Assembly: GCA_951406725.2 (NCBI GenBank) | Contig: OX597825.1 | Coordinates: forward strand, 85,126,001 to 85,190,000 | Reading direction: 5' to 3' | Origin: Octopus vulgaris | Lineage: Eukaryota | Length of the DNA stretch: 64,000 nucleotides | Shown here: positions 42,050 to 56,743 of the stretch, piece by piece | Layout: every line of letters begins with the position of its first letter | How positions within the stretch are numbered: position 1 is the first letter of the stretch | Notes under the pieces: generated by a model | What the model was told of the DNA's origin: nothing | Databases searched by the model: none | Seen by the model: only the letters and a program-made list of their open reading frames with translations | Translations under genes and position numbers: made by a program

Positions 42050-43195
42050 TGTCACAAGTTTTTTTGGGAACTCCCAGAGTCTTGCATGGGTAGCGGGCTC
42101 GCTACCAAGGCAAAACTTTTTTAACAGTCCTAATGGGCACTTTATTCCGATTTCCTTAATATTTCTCTTGATGCCTTCTGATACTATCCCCAAAGACACA
42201 ACAATAATTGACCCTATCTTCACCTAGGCAATTTCATACTTAAGAGCGTTGTATTTATTTTCCTGTCTTCCATCTTGACTTTTCGTGGGTCAAAGGGATA
42301 TGCAATATCAACTATAAATCACATGTGGTGAATCTTGTCCACCTCCACTAGGTCCAATCTGTTATGCTCCAGCACCTGATCTGTTTGGATTGGGAAATCC
42401 CAGATTTTGCTAGTCTCCAACTCCACTACTCTCTACGGTTTTTGCTCATACGTCTCTACCCCCCCACACACACACTATTCGCACAGTTTCCAATGTAGCG
42501 CTTTCGCCACAACTTGTAGTGGTTTGGGGTAAGTCTAGAGTTTTCGTTCGTGATGTGGACAATGGTTTCGTCCACTCAATTACAAATGCCGCACAGCGGA
42601 GACACTTGTTCATTCCAAAGTTTGACCCTCCAGTTTTTGACCAAAGCTTGGTCTTGCGCTGACAGTATAGTGTTCTCACTCTCTTTTTCAGTGTTCCTTT
42701 CATCAGCCAATCCCCCCCACCTATTTTTTCCAGCAACTTCTATTGTGGCTACATGGAATTGATTGTGTAGTCCCTTCTTGGTGTAATTCTTCTTCAAGTC
42801 CTTTTTATACTCCTTCCTTTGTTTTTCCTTGTTTCTCTGCGTTCAAAACTCCCTCATTCCTAACTATCTCTAGCAAGGTTTCCTTACTTTTGGACAGGTA
42901 TTTCATTAAGCTCTCGAGTTCGATACGTACGCAGTCTTCCACACTTATCAGTCCCCTTCCTCCATTTGCTCTTTTCATGTATATGCGATCAATGACCACA
43001 GGTGGGTGATGGGCTCTAGGCATCATTAGGAGCTTTCTTGACTTGCTGTCCATCTCCTTTAGCTCCTCTTCTGTCCACTTCAGGATTCCAGCGCCATACT
43101 GAACTACTAAGTCTGCGCGCGAGTTTATTGCCGAAATTATGTTTCTGGCATTCAGCTTTGAATCCAATATTTTTCTCACTCGAAGCATCTACACT
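42050..43195 (-). mobile_element. 5'-truncated R4/Dong-type LINE (post-RT, CCHC zinc knuckle, RLE), frameshifted
   Basis: ORF 42805-43188 RVRKILDSKLNARNIISAINS...WTEEEL...IDRIYMKRANGGRGLISVED; then ILSAQDQAL, SPLCGIC...ETIVHI, WDFPIQTDQVLEHNRLD...IVDIAYPFD. Confidence 0.92.
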
Positions 43196-43249
43196 TTCTT
43201 TCTTTTTTATTTCATATCGTTGTGTTTAATTACATCTATCACTGAAGAA

Positions 43250-43422
43250 ATAATTGTTATCTTGATCTTCCACAGCATCCTGGTATTTCTCGATTTTTAC
43301 ATTTCTCATCGACTCTACTATCAATGAGGAATTGAAAAATCTATGATCTTGGAGTGTTTCCTTTATTTTAATCTCCATAATCATCTCTGGTCTTCTTGCT
43401 ACAATAGCGTGGTCAGATTTTG
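43250..43422 (-). pseudogene. Third R4/Dong RLE fragment
   Basis: SDHAIVARRPEMI...KIEKYQD matches TDH.I.ARRPD...EKIEKYQDL; bounded by (TTA)n at 43424. Confidence 0.7.
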
Positions 43423-43423
43423 C

Positions 43424-43486
<63 letters not shown>

Positions 43487-43525
43487 CATTATCATCATCA
43501 TCATCATCATCATCATTATTATTAA

Positions 43526-43615
<90 letters not shown>

Positions 43616-43633
43616 TATTATTATTATTATTAT

Positions 43634-43693
<60 letters not shown>

Positions 43694-43740
43694 ATTATTA
43701 TCATCATCATCATCGTCGTCGTCGTGGTTGTTGTTGTAGT
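43424..43740. repeat. Compound (TTA)(TCA)(TAG)(TCG) trinucleotide array
   Basis: Directly visible. Confidence 0.95.
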
Positions 43741-44435
43741 TAGGCGAACAGAATCATTAGAGTGAGGGATGAGGAATGGTGCCTTGGTGTAATACTCGTA
43801 GCTTTACTTCTATCCCTACCAATACCATACACAACACAATAACTGACAAAAACAAGAAATTAAAAACAACAAACAACAAAAGCACAGCCATAATGGTAAC
43901 AATCAAGAATACGATCAAAATCAAAATATAAAACAAAATCTATTTAAATAAAAAAAAGAGCAAAAAACGTAGAAGTAAAGATGCTATCTGGACATTAACA
44001 GTGTTTATAACAATATATCTATTGTAATAATAATGTTCGTAGACTTGTGTCTGCTTGTTGTTACGCCATTTTGATGTTCTTCATATCTGACTAAGATATC
44101 GAACTCGTATCGATCCTGATGTGTAGCGATAATGTCTGGTGAATCGGACTCTCTTATTTGGAAAATGAGAAACCATTAAATCGGAAACGCATGGAATTTA
44201 TGACAATAGATATCCAATATATTGTGCATACATATATATATAAAAATATGTATATGTATATATATATGTATATATATATATGTATGTATATATATATATA
44301 TATAAATGTATGTATATATATATATATATACACATATATCTATGAATGTATGTATATATATATATATACGCACACATAAATATGCGTCTATCTATATATA
44401 TCTCTCTTCCTCTCTCTCTCTGTCTCTCTCTTTCT

Positions 44436-44546
<111 letters not shown>

Positions 44547-44547
44547 G

Positions 44548-44603
<56 letters not shown>

Positions 44604-45164
44604 TGTATGTATCTTGTATGATAAACAAAACACCCAGGAAAAGAAAGAGTCCCCCACAACTCAAAGAAAAGAAAAGAAAATACACAAAGAACTAAGCCGT
44701 AATCCCAAGAAAACCGATCAACCAATAAAGTTAATGTGTGATAAGTAAGAATCGGGCGTTTCAATAACACTTGATGACAGCGATTATCTCGTAGTTTCTG
44801 TGACACCATTATTCTCTTCAAGAGTATCGGATTTGATGTAAGGAGCAATTTTTAAAGGCCTCTCAACCATTCATTTTACACCTTAACTTGTTTGATCAAA
44901 TATATCGACCAAACACAGCATTTATTCACACCAAAACCGATCTCGCCAGACGACATGGAATTGGCGGCAATATGTTTACACTGCATATTTCTTTCATTTT
45001 TATTTTTATTTTTGCATATTGGCTATTTCTCCTACGGTAACATTTGGTAAAGAATTAGTGTACTTTTATTAGAAGCATTTTTTTCCCCGTTTTGGGATTC
45101 AGCTGTTCAACAAGTCCATTACGAATCATTCCAATGTCAGTTCAACTTTTATATTAATTGTTAT

Positions 45165-45355
<191 letters not shown>

Positions 45356-45680
45356 CTCTTTTACCTGTTCCAGTCATTTGACTGTGGCCATGCTGGAGCA
45401 CCGCCTTTAGTCGAGCAAATCGGCCCAAGGTTTTATTCTTTGAAGCCTTGTACTTTTTCTATCGGTCTCTTTTTCCGAACCGTTAAGTTACTGGGACGTA
45501 AACGCACCAGCATCGGATGTTAAGAGACGTTGGGGAACAAACACAGACACACAAACATACACACATACATATATACACATATATACAACGAGCTTCTTAC
45601 AGTTTCCGTCTACCAAATCCACTCACAAGGCTTTGGTCGGCCCGAGACTATAGTAAAAGACACTTCCCCATGGTGTCACA
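45356..45680 (-). mobile_element. SINE family B lacking the tRNA head
   Basis: cagtcatttgactgtggccatgctggagcaccgcctttagtcgagcaaatc...ccaaatccactcacaaggctttggtcggcccgag. Confidence 0.85.
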
Positions 45681-45751
45681 TACTAAAATTATAATAATAA
45701 TTATTGTTATTGTTTTTATTATTATTATCATTATTATTATTATTATTATTT

Positions 45752-45817
<66 letters not shown>

Positions 45818-46025
45818 AGGCGACGAGCTAGCAGCGTCGTTAGTATGACGAGTAAACTGCTTAGCAGCAGTGCATCCGTCTTTACATCCTGAGTTCAAAT
45901 CTCACCAAGGTCGTGTTTGTCTTTTATCTATTCGGGTACCTTAAAACAAGTACCAGTTGAGTACTGAGGCCGACGTAATCAATTTAACTCATCTCCTGAG
46001 CTTTGTAGCCTTTTGTCAAAATATT
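45818..46025 (+). mobile_element. SINE family A
   Basis: aggcgacgagctagcagcgtcgttag...ctgagttcaaatctcaccaaggtcg...aagtaccagttgagtactg. Confidence 0.75.
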
Positions 46026-46250
46026 TAAAACCTTCAACTTCGTTCCCATTTCTTACTGGGTGTCTTCTCGACACATAGGACAAAGAAACCTACTATACGC
46101 ATTGATAGACCATTAAACTAAACGTGCGAGATGATTCATTCACAAAATGAACCAAACTGCATCCCGATGCCATCACTGAATGCTTTCACAATGCATAATT
46201 GGCCTTCAAGCTCATCATTGTCTTTGACTTGTATTTTTTAAAGTCATGCC

Positions 46251-46436
<186 letters not shown>

Positions 46437-47183
46437 TTTTCCACTTCCGTTTGTCATGGAGTAAAATATTCACTCATTAGCGAAAATTGTGTCAAACACT
46501 ATAACCAGCTCAGAATGCCCCCACCCCCACCACTGGACAGATGGACGTATGAATTTTGTACTCTTAGATCTCACAAGCAACACGTACCAAAAGAGAGAGA
46601 GAACTCTGAATTGAGGACTGGTTTGACTGTGAAATTATCTCCATAACAAACTGCAATGAAAAACTTTTTATGAGCTCAAATATCGCTCAGACATATTTGA
46701 ACTGGTATTAAGTGTGTTTGTGTGTTTCAAATTACAATCTGCATATTCTTAAATATAATTATATTTACATAATACGTTATTTAATGATTATGCCACAAAA
46801 CCGTAAACAGTTTTTTGTCGTAATTGAAATACAAATTGATGCATTTCCTTCATAACATCCACCCTTTTGTGGCAAGATGTTGGAGTGGAACAGTCGAAGC
46901 CATTAACATCAGAACTAGAATCATATGCGAAATCTTTGAGTTGTAACAGAGAACGTTTAAATCATGACTGCATAATGCGAAAACGGAAATCCCATATTAT
47001 TGTATATAATACTTCGACGGAAGTCACGCATTGTATTATGTGGTTGGAATTACATTACAGACGATATCCAATCTATAACATTTATAAAAATAGAGTTGAG
47101 AACCAGAAAGGCAAATCTTGTAAGCACAATTGTCTGAGTTGTCGAAAGTAGCGCAAATATTTCAAAATTCCAACCTCGTATAG

Positions 47184-47310
47184 GACACCTGGAGAGGATC
47201 CGATCGACAATGCATGATGATGATAGGAAGAAAGAGATAAACAGTTTAGAAAACAACACATTACACGAGAGTAGAGTATTGGTAAAATGGCTCTGGTTAA
47301 AATATAAAAG
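47184..47310 (+). CDS. Candidate internal exon of an unidentified gene
   Basis: Acceptor ccaacctcgtatag|GA, strong donor AAG|gtaaga, single open frame HLERIRSTMHDDDRKKEINSLENNTLHESRVLVKWLWLKYK; no homology recognised. Confidence 0.3.
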
Positions 47311-47621
47311 GTAAGAATACGAGTGACAATTTCTCATAGACTCTCTGTACTCCTTATATAATTACGTATATACATTTAAGGCAGCGACATTACTATGATA
47401 TACGAAACCAGGAAAAAGCTGCGTTGCATTTATTTAGTATTATTTGAAGAAGGCTATGGGCTGTAAAATCGTAGAATATTTTCTGCCCTCAACGATTTGT
47501 CGGTTGCATCACTCTGTGATCAAACCCCGTGCAGGCCAAGTTTGTCTTGTGCGCTTTTGAGGACAACAAATGGCCATTCACAACGAAATCGACATTGTCA
47601 TTCATTTAAGAAAAAAAAATT

Positions 47622-47843
47622 TATACTTGTTTCAGTCATTTGACTGTGGACCATGCTGGAGCACCGTCTTTAATCAACGAAATAAACCCCAGGACTTATT
47701 CCTTGTAAGCTTAGTACTTATTTCTGAACCGATTAGTTACGGGCAAGTAAACACACAAACATCGGTTGCCAAGCGTACAAACACAGGCAAACAAATACAC
47801 ATAAACAGACGCGCGCACACATACACACACACACACACACACA

Positions 47844-47901
<58 letters not shown>

Positions 47902-48060
47902 GACGGGCTTCTTCCAGTTTTTGTCTACCATATCCACTCGCTAGTGTTTGGTCGGCCCGAGGCTATAGTAGGATACATTTGCCCAAGGTGTCACGCTGTG
48001 GGTCTGAACTCGGAACTATGTGGTTGGGAAGCAGGCTTTTTACCACACAGCCAAGCCTAA
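47622..48060 (-). mobile_element. SINE family B, near full length, with internal microsatellite
   Basis: Tail acttgtttcagtcatttgactg; head tgaactcggaactatgtggttgggaagcaggctttttaccacacagcca. Confidence 0.85.
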
Positions 48061-48327
48061 TACACTTGTACATATTTTATTATTTCTAAATAAACTTCAT
48101 GCAATTTCTGTTTGCTCGTGCAAGTCTTGTGCTGTCACGTGGTTCAGGAATCAAAAATTAATTAAATTTTGATTATAATATGTCATAATATATGTATAGG
48201 TGATGTAATGCGGCACGCTGTGATATTGAATCTTCGAGTCGTTCTAGCAATGTGGGCGGGGTGCGGCAGAATCATTTCGTGATAATTTAATTTGTAGCTT
48301 CTTTCCAACTTAATGCTAAACGTGTGT

Positions 48328-48380
<53 letters not shown>

Positions 48381-48850
48381 TCATGATTATGAACCTCCAT
48401 TCTGTCAGAAAATTCTCCGGTTGTGACAATATATGAGAGGCAGGAGAGAGATATGTTTCATGGCCAAGCCGAGGATAAACATAATTACCTGTCCGTGTAT
48501 CTCAAAATATGTGTATATATGTGTATACAGGTATGCGTGTCTGCGTACATAATTACATGGAGGACACTTGTGACAAAAAAAATCGGAAGATTTCAGCTGC
48601 AGAAGATAAATACCAAAAACAAAATAAATTAATAAAATAAAATTTTGAATCGTGTTTCAATTTGAAGAAAACGCTCCACACACAAAATTTAATAAAATTA
48701 ATAAATAAATTCATTTGTTTTCCACAAAATACAAATAGATTACACACTGATAAGCTAATTTGAATATTAGTGTAATTTCTAAATTTCTTTTTCTACCATC
48801 GTAAACTTGCAAAGTGTCAAATCGAAGCGTCTGTATTATATCAATTCAAT

Positions 48851-49050
<200 letters not shown>

Positions 49051-49802
49051 GGGGGAATGTATAGGAATGTTGTAGGAGAGATTTTGGCATGAGCAGAAGA
49101 AATATGAGCTAAGATTCTTGGAGGAGAATGGTGCTAACTCGAAGAGAAGCTTAAGAGACGTGACCTACGACTCTGCTAAACGGAAAGTGGAGAAGAAAAA
49201 TTGTTCAGATACAAACATATCTTCCGCCCCCCCCCCGTTCGCTTTATAATGAGAAATCACTTCTCTTTCAACAATGGCGACCAGCATTTATTGTTTAAAA
49301 GTGTCGTCTTTTCAAAATTATTTTATTCAATAGCGGGAAGAATGCATTGAATTAGCAATTAACAGTTTCAATTCAGTTAATTTTTAATAATCAAAATTAC
49401 ATTTTATTGAAATATTTTGAATCAAGAGAAAGGAAAAAAGTAAAGAATGGCATGAATTCGTATCAATTGTTATGTTTTTCTCTTCGTCAACCTCTACATC
49501 CGTATTCCACTGTTTATGCCGGCCTAAATATCTCGTCTAATCAAAAGTCTTTTCACTAAAACACAAACGAAAGAAGTCGGAACATATTTCGTGCGTTGCT
49601 TTTTCGTTTACAATTCGTTTTTACTCGCAGCCTTTAACAAAATCCTTTTCAATGTAACAGAAAAAGTACATCTTAAAGATACACAATGGTGCTTATATAA
49701 ACATTGGAAACACATTTATTGCATTCTCAAACCAACGTGTATATAAAGAGGGATACATATATGTTTATATATACATCTATATATATATATATATATATAG
49801 GA

Positions 49803-49882
<80 letters not shown>

Positions 49883-49973
49883 AGAAAAAGGAAATAGTAG
49901 TCTTTTAGCCGCTATTTCTAAAATTTTCGGTATATGGTCAAGCAATTTGTTGCAAAACCGTTATTTTTATAAT

Positions 49974-50052
<79 letters not shown>

Positions 50053-50055
50053 AGA

Positions 50056-50472
50056 ACAGGGGTGGTAAGAATCTTTGCTTTCCAACGACATGGTTCCGGG
50101 TTCAGACCCTGCGTGGCACCTTGGGCAAGTGTCTTCTACTTTAGCTTCGGGCCTACCAAAGACCTGTGAGTGGATTTGGTGGACGAAAACTGAAAGAAGC
50201 CCTCCTTTACGTGAGCGTGTGTGTGTGTGAGCGTGTATGTTTGTATGTGTGTGTGTGGAGGGGTATCTCTGCGTTTGTGCTTGTCCCCCCGCTATCGCTT
50301 GATAACCAATGTTGGTGTGTGTATGTCCCCGTAACCTAGCGGTTCAAAAAAAGGGACCGATGGAATAAGTACTCACCCTACAAAGAATAAGTCCTGGGGT
50401 CGATTTGTTCGACTGCAGGCGGTACTCCAGCATGGCCGCAGTAAAATTACCGACACAAGTAAAAGAGTGAAA

Positions 50473-50474
<2 letters not shown>
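50056..50474 (+). mobile_element. SINE family B, near full length
   Basis: gtggtaaga...catggttccgggttcagaccctgcgtggcaccttgggcaagtgtcttctac (B-box plus CORE-like CCTTGGGCAAGT)...caagtaaaagagtgaaaga tail. Confidence 0.88.
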
Positions 50475-50509
<35 letters not shown>

Positions 50510-50597
50510 CATTAATCATTGAGTGATAGCCGTATAGCGTACTTTCCATATGCTTATACATCCACACATATTTCTACACCTGCAGGCATATAAATGT

Positions 50598-50672
<75 letters not shown>

Positions 50673-51827
50673 ACCATACATACATATATATAAACATACA
50701 TATATGTATTTTTATGTATAGAAATATATAACTTTTATTGTTGAGACAAATTCTATTAGATTAAGTTGAGACAAATTTGAATGTTTAGAATTTACGTAGC
50801 AGAGTAAAGCCAGTAAACACAGTAAACTTGTTTTTATTTTTGTCTTCTACACACTATAAATTTCTTTAAGTTTCTTGTAATTGGTAGCTGCGTGTGTGTG
50901 TGTGTGTGTGACACAGAGAGAGAGAGAGAGAGAGTGTGTGTGTGTGTGTGTGTGTGCGTGTGTGTATATTTAAAGAGGATAATATTAAGTTCTCTCCTAA
51001 AGAGTGCAGTCAAGTGTTCCACTCGGCCTTTTTTGATTACGTGAAGAAAAGAAGAGACATCTCATAACTGAATATTCCAGTAGCCCTAATAATAAAATAT
51101 TCCTTATTTACTTGGAACTTATTGTGAACCTAGAAAAGGCCACTGCAGCTGAGGACCGAACTCACGTCAATACAGTTTAGGGAATTCAATTAATCAATTG
51201 ATAGGTCTAGAATTTGCAGAGAGACTAGTATAAAACAACAACGGAAATAGCTGCTGCATCTGTGTTGTATAGAGTGATTCCAAAACGATTGGGATTTAAG
51301 TCTAAATGTACTTCGCTGTTTAAGTGTAGGGTTCCGTTGTTAAAATACTAAGTGTCATTGTAAATAATTCTGATGTGTGTGGACCCATAGGCCCTACATT
51401 GCCATGAGGAGCGAAGGTTTTAGGAAGAGTTTTAAGCGAGTAAATTTATCTCGTATTGCGATCTGTAAGTATAATATTTTAATACAGCCTCTTTATGGAT
51501 CGGTTGACACTTGAAAATCGTTTCGACTTTGAATGATATTTGGATCAACCTACACTTGCGTGTCTCCCCAACCGCAAAAATAAAGCAAAAATGAAAGAGA
51601 ATTTAGTTGATTGACTAAAAATAACGCAACTATATTGTGTGACACATCACGTGATGCTCTTTGATACTGATGTTCTTGTTGCGTGCCGTTGAACGCTAGA
51701 ATTATATCTAAATTTAGTGTAACGATACAAAACAAGTCTAACAGTTCCGATTTGTTGTAAACAACAAAATGGCTTCTTACAATAACGTCACTGAGCTCAG
51801 TAAATGAGAGTATGTGTATATAGCTTC

Positions 51828-51899
<72 letters not shown>

Positions 51900-51902
<3 letters not shown>

Positions 51903-52307
51903 ATAAAATATTAGGGAATAAATCCAAACTTACAGGGAAAAATCAGATTTAGGATTGAATCCAATTTTATAGTAAAATATTATATTATATTAAATTAGAG
52001 ATAAAACCACTATTAGGCAAACCAAACAATGAAAAACTTAAGCCAATACATAAAATTAATTAATATATATTATTTTAAATATATATCAAAAGTATTAAAA
52101 GTTTAATAAAAGATAATGAGTAAAACACTACGATCGTTTCATGGCTGTCCAATTCTTAATAGTTCGAGTTATGGTTACAGTCAATCTTCAGTCAAACTTT
52201 TAATACTTTTGATATATATTCGAAATAATATAAATTAATTAATTTTATGTATTGGCTTAAGTTTTTCATTGTATGATTTGCCTAATAGTGGTTTTATCTC
52301 TAATTTA

Positions 52308-52317
<10 letters not shown>
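51900..52317 (-). mobile_element. PLE-like inverted pseudo-LTR pair with hammerhead core in the loop, inside (TG)/(TA)n
   Basis: About 124-bp arms 51981-52104 and 52194-52317 (about 5 mismatches), about 80-nt unpaired tail; loop minus strand CTGAAGA-ttgactgt...acagccat-GAAA-C(GATC)G-TA at 52191-52129. Confidence 0.75.
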
Positions 52318-52338
<21 letters not shown>

Positions 52339-53476
52339 GTACCGTGATTGAGTGAGGTAGTAGCTGTCATTCCCCTTCCAAGATGATCAATGAAGAAGCG
52401 ATCGGCAAAAAAATGACACTGAAGTTATGTGAAAGTAAGAATTAATTTTAAAAACTTATTTCCAGCTGACAAACTATACAAAACGATTGGGCGTGTGGAG
52501 ATGTCAGTCGGAACACGTTTCTTGTTCCTCTTCTGACCTCATCATCTTCTTGAAATAAAGCAGAAAATTGACTGATGCGGATAGGCTTCTACTCTACAAT
52601 CATATTTACCATCCATACTCTATGCTATGAATAATATTACGATAATATTTTCCTAGAAAATTTGGTAGGGAAATTACATTGATTTCAACGTAACGTTGGA
52701 TCTGATCAAGCCAGCTGACTTTAAAAGATGCATTCTGAATGCCAATAAAACTGTATGAGAACCGCTAAAGAAGGAGAACGTGGTTAAAAAACACAACAAT
52801 AGAACGAAAATCAAAGCATAAGCATAGAGATAATGCATATACAAGTAACTAATTAAATAAGAAGAATATGAAGCCAAATACTAAGCCATCTGGAAAATGT
52901 TTACCAAAAGTATGCAAAAATAGGAATAAAAGACAGCGCGAGGAATATTTACAAAGAAGAAATTACTAAAGACGAAAATCACAAATGTTAAACAGCAATG
53001 CTAAGCGCGTTTTGGTAAATAGTACATAATTTTACAGACATAGATAAAGAAAAAGTATAAAAACTAATTCAGTCTTTGTTAGGAGGCGAATACTTTAAAG
53101 GGCTTTCCTCTCGTTATTCCTTTTCAGTTTGACGCTAATTTCTTTAACACACATTTTTAGCTAGACAAGATACGGATGTAATATGAGAGGTTAATCAGAC
53201 AATTATTATACATGGAGACTTTCAAGATGTGTGCTGCAATTAAAAAAGCACTAAAAACACTGCAGCAGAAAGTATACGAATATATTACACGGGCTGATAC
53301 GAAGTTCCAGCGACGGTAGCAGATGATTATCTCCCGCTAGCGTTATAAACACGAGTGCTTGTAGGCAACACACGGTTCTCTCATGAAAATAGCACAGTAT
53401 TCTTTGTTCTAGCACAACATCGCTTTTTAAGTGGGAATAAATATTACCTTCTGGTAGTAACAATTGCTCTGTCGCA

Positions 53477-53552
<76 letters not shown>

Positions 53553-54240
53553 TGGTATGTTCTGCTAAGAACATAGTCCACCTTCACATTTACCCTGTGT
53601 TATCCAGTAATAATATTATAGGTAATTCTAGGTTTGCATTTGGGTATCTATCGTGTGTGAATATATAATTGAAAACATTGGAGTCACCAAGAGTACGATT
53701 GAACATTTATTTTTTCTATCGCTACAATTGTTTCTTGGTAAAGGTATTTCACCAGGAATGCAGGTACTTCATTATGCAACCGTTTCTCTGCATTATAAGA
53801 TCTAGTTCTGTTTCCTCGGGTTATATGCAAATATTGTCTACGTAAGTTTAAAATTCTCTGTTTCAGGAACATTCTGCATTGGCCTGAATTTTTCAATTAT
53901 ATATACATATATATATATATATGAGTGTGCGTGTGTGTGTACGTACGTATGTATATGTGTGTGTGTGTGTGTTTGTTTGCCTGCGCAAATGACTGATACA
54001 GAGATAAAATTATTTAATAAATAATTGTCTCTCCTAATCGACGATTTTAATATTTTACATGAAATATGATTCCCCACATTTTGAATGGGATTATTAAGTA
54101 GAATTGTAAGGCTTTATCGTATCTCTGTCTGTTTGTCTGTCACTCCCTCCATATCTCCTCCTCTCCTTCAACACGGTCTATCTGTCTGCCCCTCTCCCTG
54201 TATCTATCTATCCATTTATTTATCTGTCTGTATATATATG

Positions 54241-54271
<31 letters not shown>

Positions 54272-55269
54272 ATGTATATATATATATATATATGTATGTA
54301 TATATGTGAGTGTGTGTATGTGTGAATGTGTGTGTATGCATACATGTATGTGTGTGTTGACGCTAGGGTTGATGTAACGTAACACTAGCACACATCACGT
54401 GACATATTTATGTCTATTTAATAGACATTTCTGTCAGTCATATTTTAACATTATAGGACACCGTTAGATGTGGGGGGGGGGGAACAGCTCAACAAATTAC
54501 CTTTACTGCTTCACACACATCCAATACACACATTAACAGATATACAGTCACATACGCATACATACATTTATATACTTACATATACACATGTATATGCATA
54601 TATATATATACATATACACCTATACATATATGTGTAGATATATCGATGCGATGTTATAGTTATTGAAGTAGCTTCCGTTACAATTAATTATGTGCATGTA
54701 TATGTGCACACATACATATAAGGATAGAAACACTATTCGATACACGCAAACAGTAAAATCTATCTTTCATTCAACGATTCTTTGATGAGCGATTCGTGAC
54801 AGTTAATTCCTAATAAATACCATTTTAAGCCTACATCAGTGTGACGGATTAAATAGATGAGAAACCACGGCTGTTAGCAAACATATCAATCATTAAGTAG
54901 ATTTATACATATATATATACTTACATGCACATACAAGCATATAAATCAATGTGTGTCTGTGTATATAAAAGCAGAATTCTGTAACAGGTCTATGGTATCT
55001 ACGTCTTATGTTGGTATTCTCGTTGAATCCCATATCTTCCAGCCTATCGCGCACTACAATTACAGGGGCTGCTATGGGCGGCCCTTATAATTAGAAGCAT
55101 GATTATGATTACCTTACCCAATGTATTCTTGTTGAAGAAAGTAGAACAGTGGTTTCGAATCATTTCATCGTCAAATAGCATTTTTAAGGAAATTTTAAGC
55201 AAATGAATTTTTCCACCGAATTCCAACGTTTGCTTTTTTTCCGATTTTTGTTGTTGTTTCTTGTTAAGT

Positions 55270-55570
55270 AGGTGAAGGCGTGATTGTGTGGTGAGAAGTT
55301 TACTTTCCATCTACCCGGTTCCAGGTTCAGTCCCACTGCGTGACAGCAAGTGTCTTCTACCATAGCCTCGGGACGACCAAAGCCTTATATATGTGCGTGT
55401 GCCTTTGTGTCCCCTTTGCTTCGCGGTTAGCAAATTATACCGACAGAATAATCACTAGGCTTTATAAAATTAGCCCTGGATCGATTCTGCAACTAAGATA
55501 CTTCAAGGCGTTGCTCCAGTATGGCTGCTGTCCAATGATTGAAGCAAGTAAAAGATAAAGAATAAAAGAT
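55270..55570 (+). mobile_element. SINE family B with internal deletions
   Basis: ggcgtgattgtgtggtgagaag...ggttcagtcccactgcgtg...tagcctcggg...gctccagtatggc...caagtaaaagataaa. Confidence 0.8.
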
Positions 55571-55578
55571 AATTCGCA

Positions 55579-55627
<49 letters not shown>

Positions 55628-55682
55628 TGGATGGGAATCTGGATGGAATCTTTCGTTCATTTATGTCTTATTTTCACAAGGG

Positions 55683-56300
55683 TATACTTTGATAGGTTTC
55701 GGTCAGCATTGGCCCAGGATATGTAACTTAATAGCGCCACCTGGTGAAGTCACTCAAATCAGGAATCGGACAACATGGCCCACCCGAGGAGACATTGTTT
55801 ACAGAGACATATCCGGGTATAGAAGGTTTATCCGGGATTTCTTGAAAGAATTTGTCCAAAGACTTCTTGAGCTTTATGGGGTCGGTTTCTGCTTTAATGT
55901 GCTTTGGTGTAATGTTAAAGAGAACGGGGCCAATTGAAGTGAAGTAATTGTGCCTTATTGTTGTCATGAGATGCGAGTGTGATTTATGTTGCACGGGGCC
56001 TCAAGTCTTGGGTGTATCTTGAAGGTGATGCCAACATCATTTGGGCAATGCTGATGGAATATTTTCTACATCATGCAGATGATGTAGTGCTCACGTCTGC
56101 TTTGGAAGGAATAAAGCTTGATCTTTTCTAGTCGACCCCAATAGTCAAAGCCTTTCTTGCCATCTATTTTTTGTGTAATTAACCTTTGAAGTGCTTTAAC
56201 TTTCATATTTTGTTTCGTGTGGGGAGACCACAGAGGACAGCAGTATTCAAGGTGGGGGTCGGTCAAAAGTGGACAAGAGGATAATGGTATGGATGATCGC
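55683..56300 (-). mobile_element. CR1/L2-clade LINE 3' end (ORF2 C-terminus plus 3' UTR), disrupted
   Basis: PHLEYCCPLWSPH...LQRLITQKI.G...DYWGRLEKIKLYSFQSRRE...GPVLFNITPKHIK...FFQEIPDKPSIPGY. Confidence 0.9.
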
Positions 56301-56743
56301 TTGCCTTCTTTAACGTTGTATTAAGTATAAAGTCTCCAATTATTATTTGCTGACCAATAGCATCGCCAAGTATTATTTGGTGACGCTGTTTCACAACTAG
56401 TGTTCAAATAGCACCGCAACACCTTTCTATCTCTTTTTACGCCAATGAGATCGATAAAATAATTATGGGGATCAATGCTATCGATTAAACATCTTATGAT
56501 GTTGTTCTCCAGTCTCGCCACAGTCCACCGAGTACAAGCAGTACCATAATCAAATCAATTATTAACTCGTAATGTCTTCCCATCAAATCATTCATACTTT
56601 CGAACACATATCGTAAACTCATACATTCATAAGTACACACAAACACCTATATACACAAACTCACACATTTACACACACAGATACATGCATCACTGCAGCG
56701 CACACATACTTACACTCACAAACATATATATGTATGCATATAT

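Noticed and set aside
42805-43188. 127-aa ORF as a functional gene
   Set aside because: It is part of a truncated, frameshifted R4/Dong-type LINE with no RT core.
52495-52555. Minus-strand ATGATGA...GAAACGTG as a hammerhead
   Set aside because: Neither stem II nor stem I can be formed.
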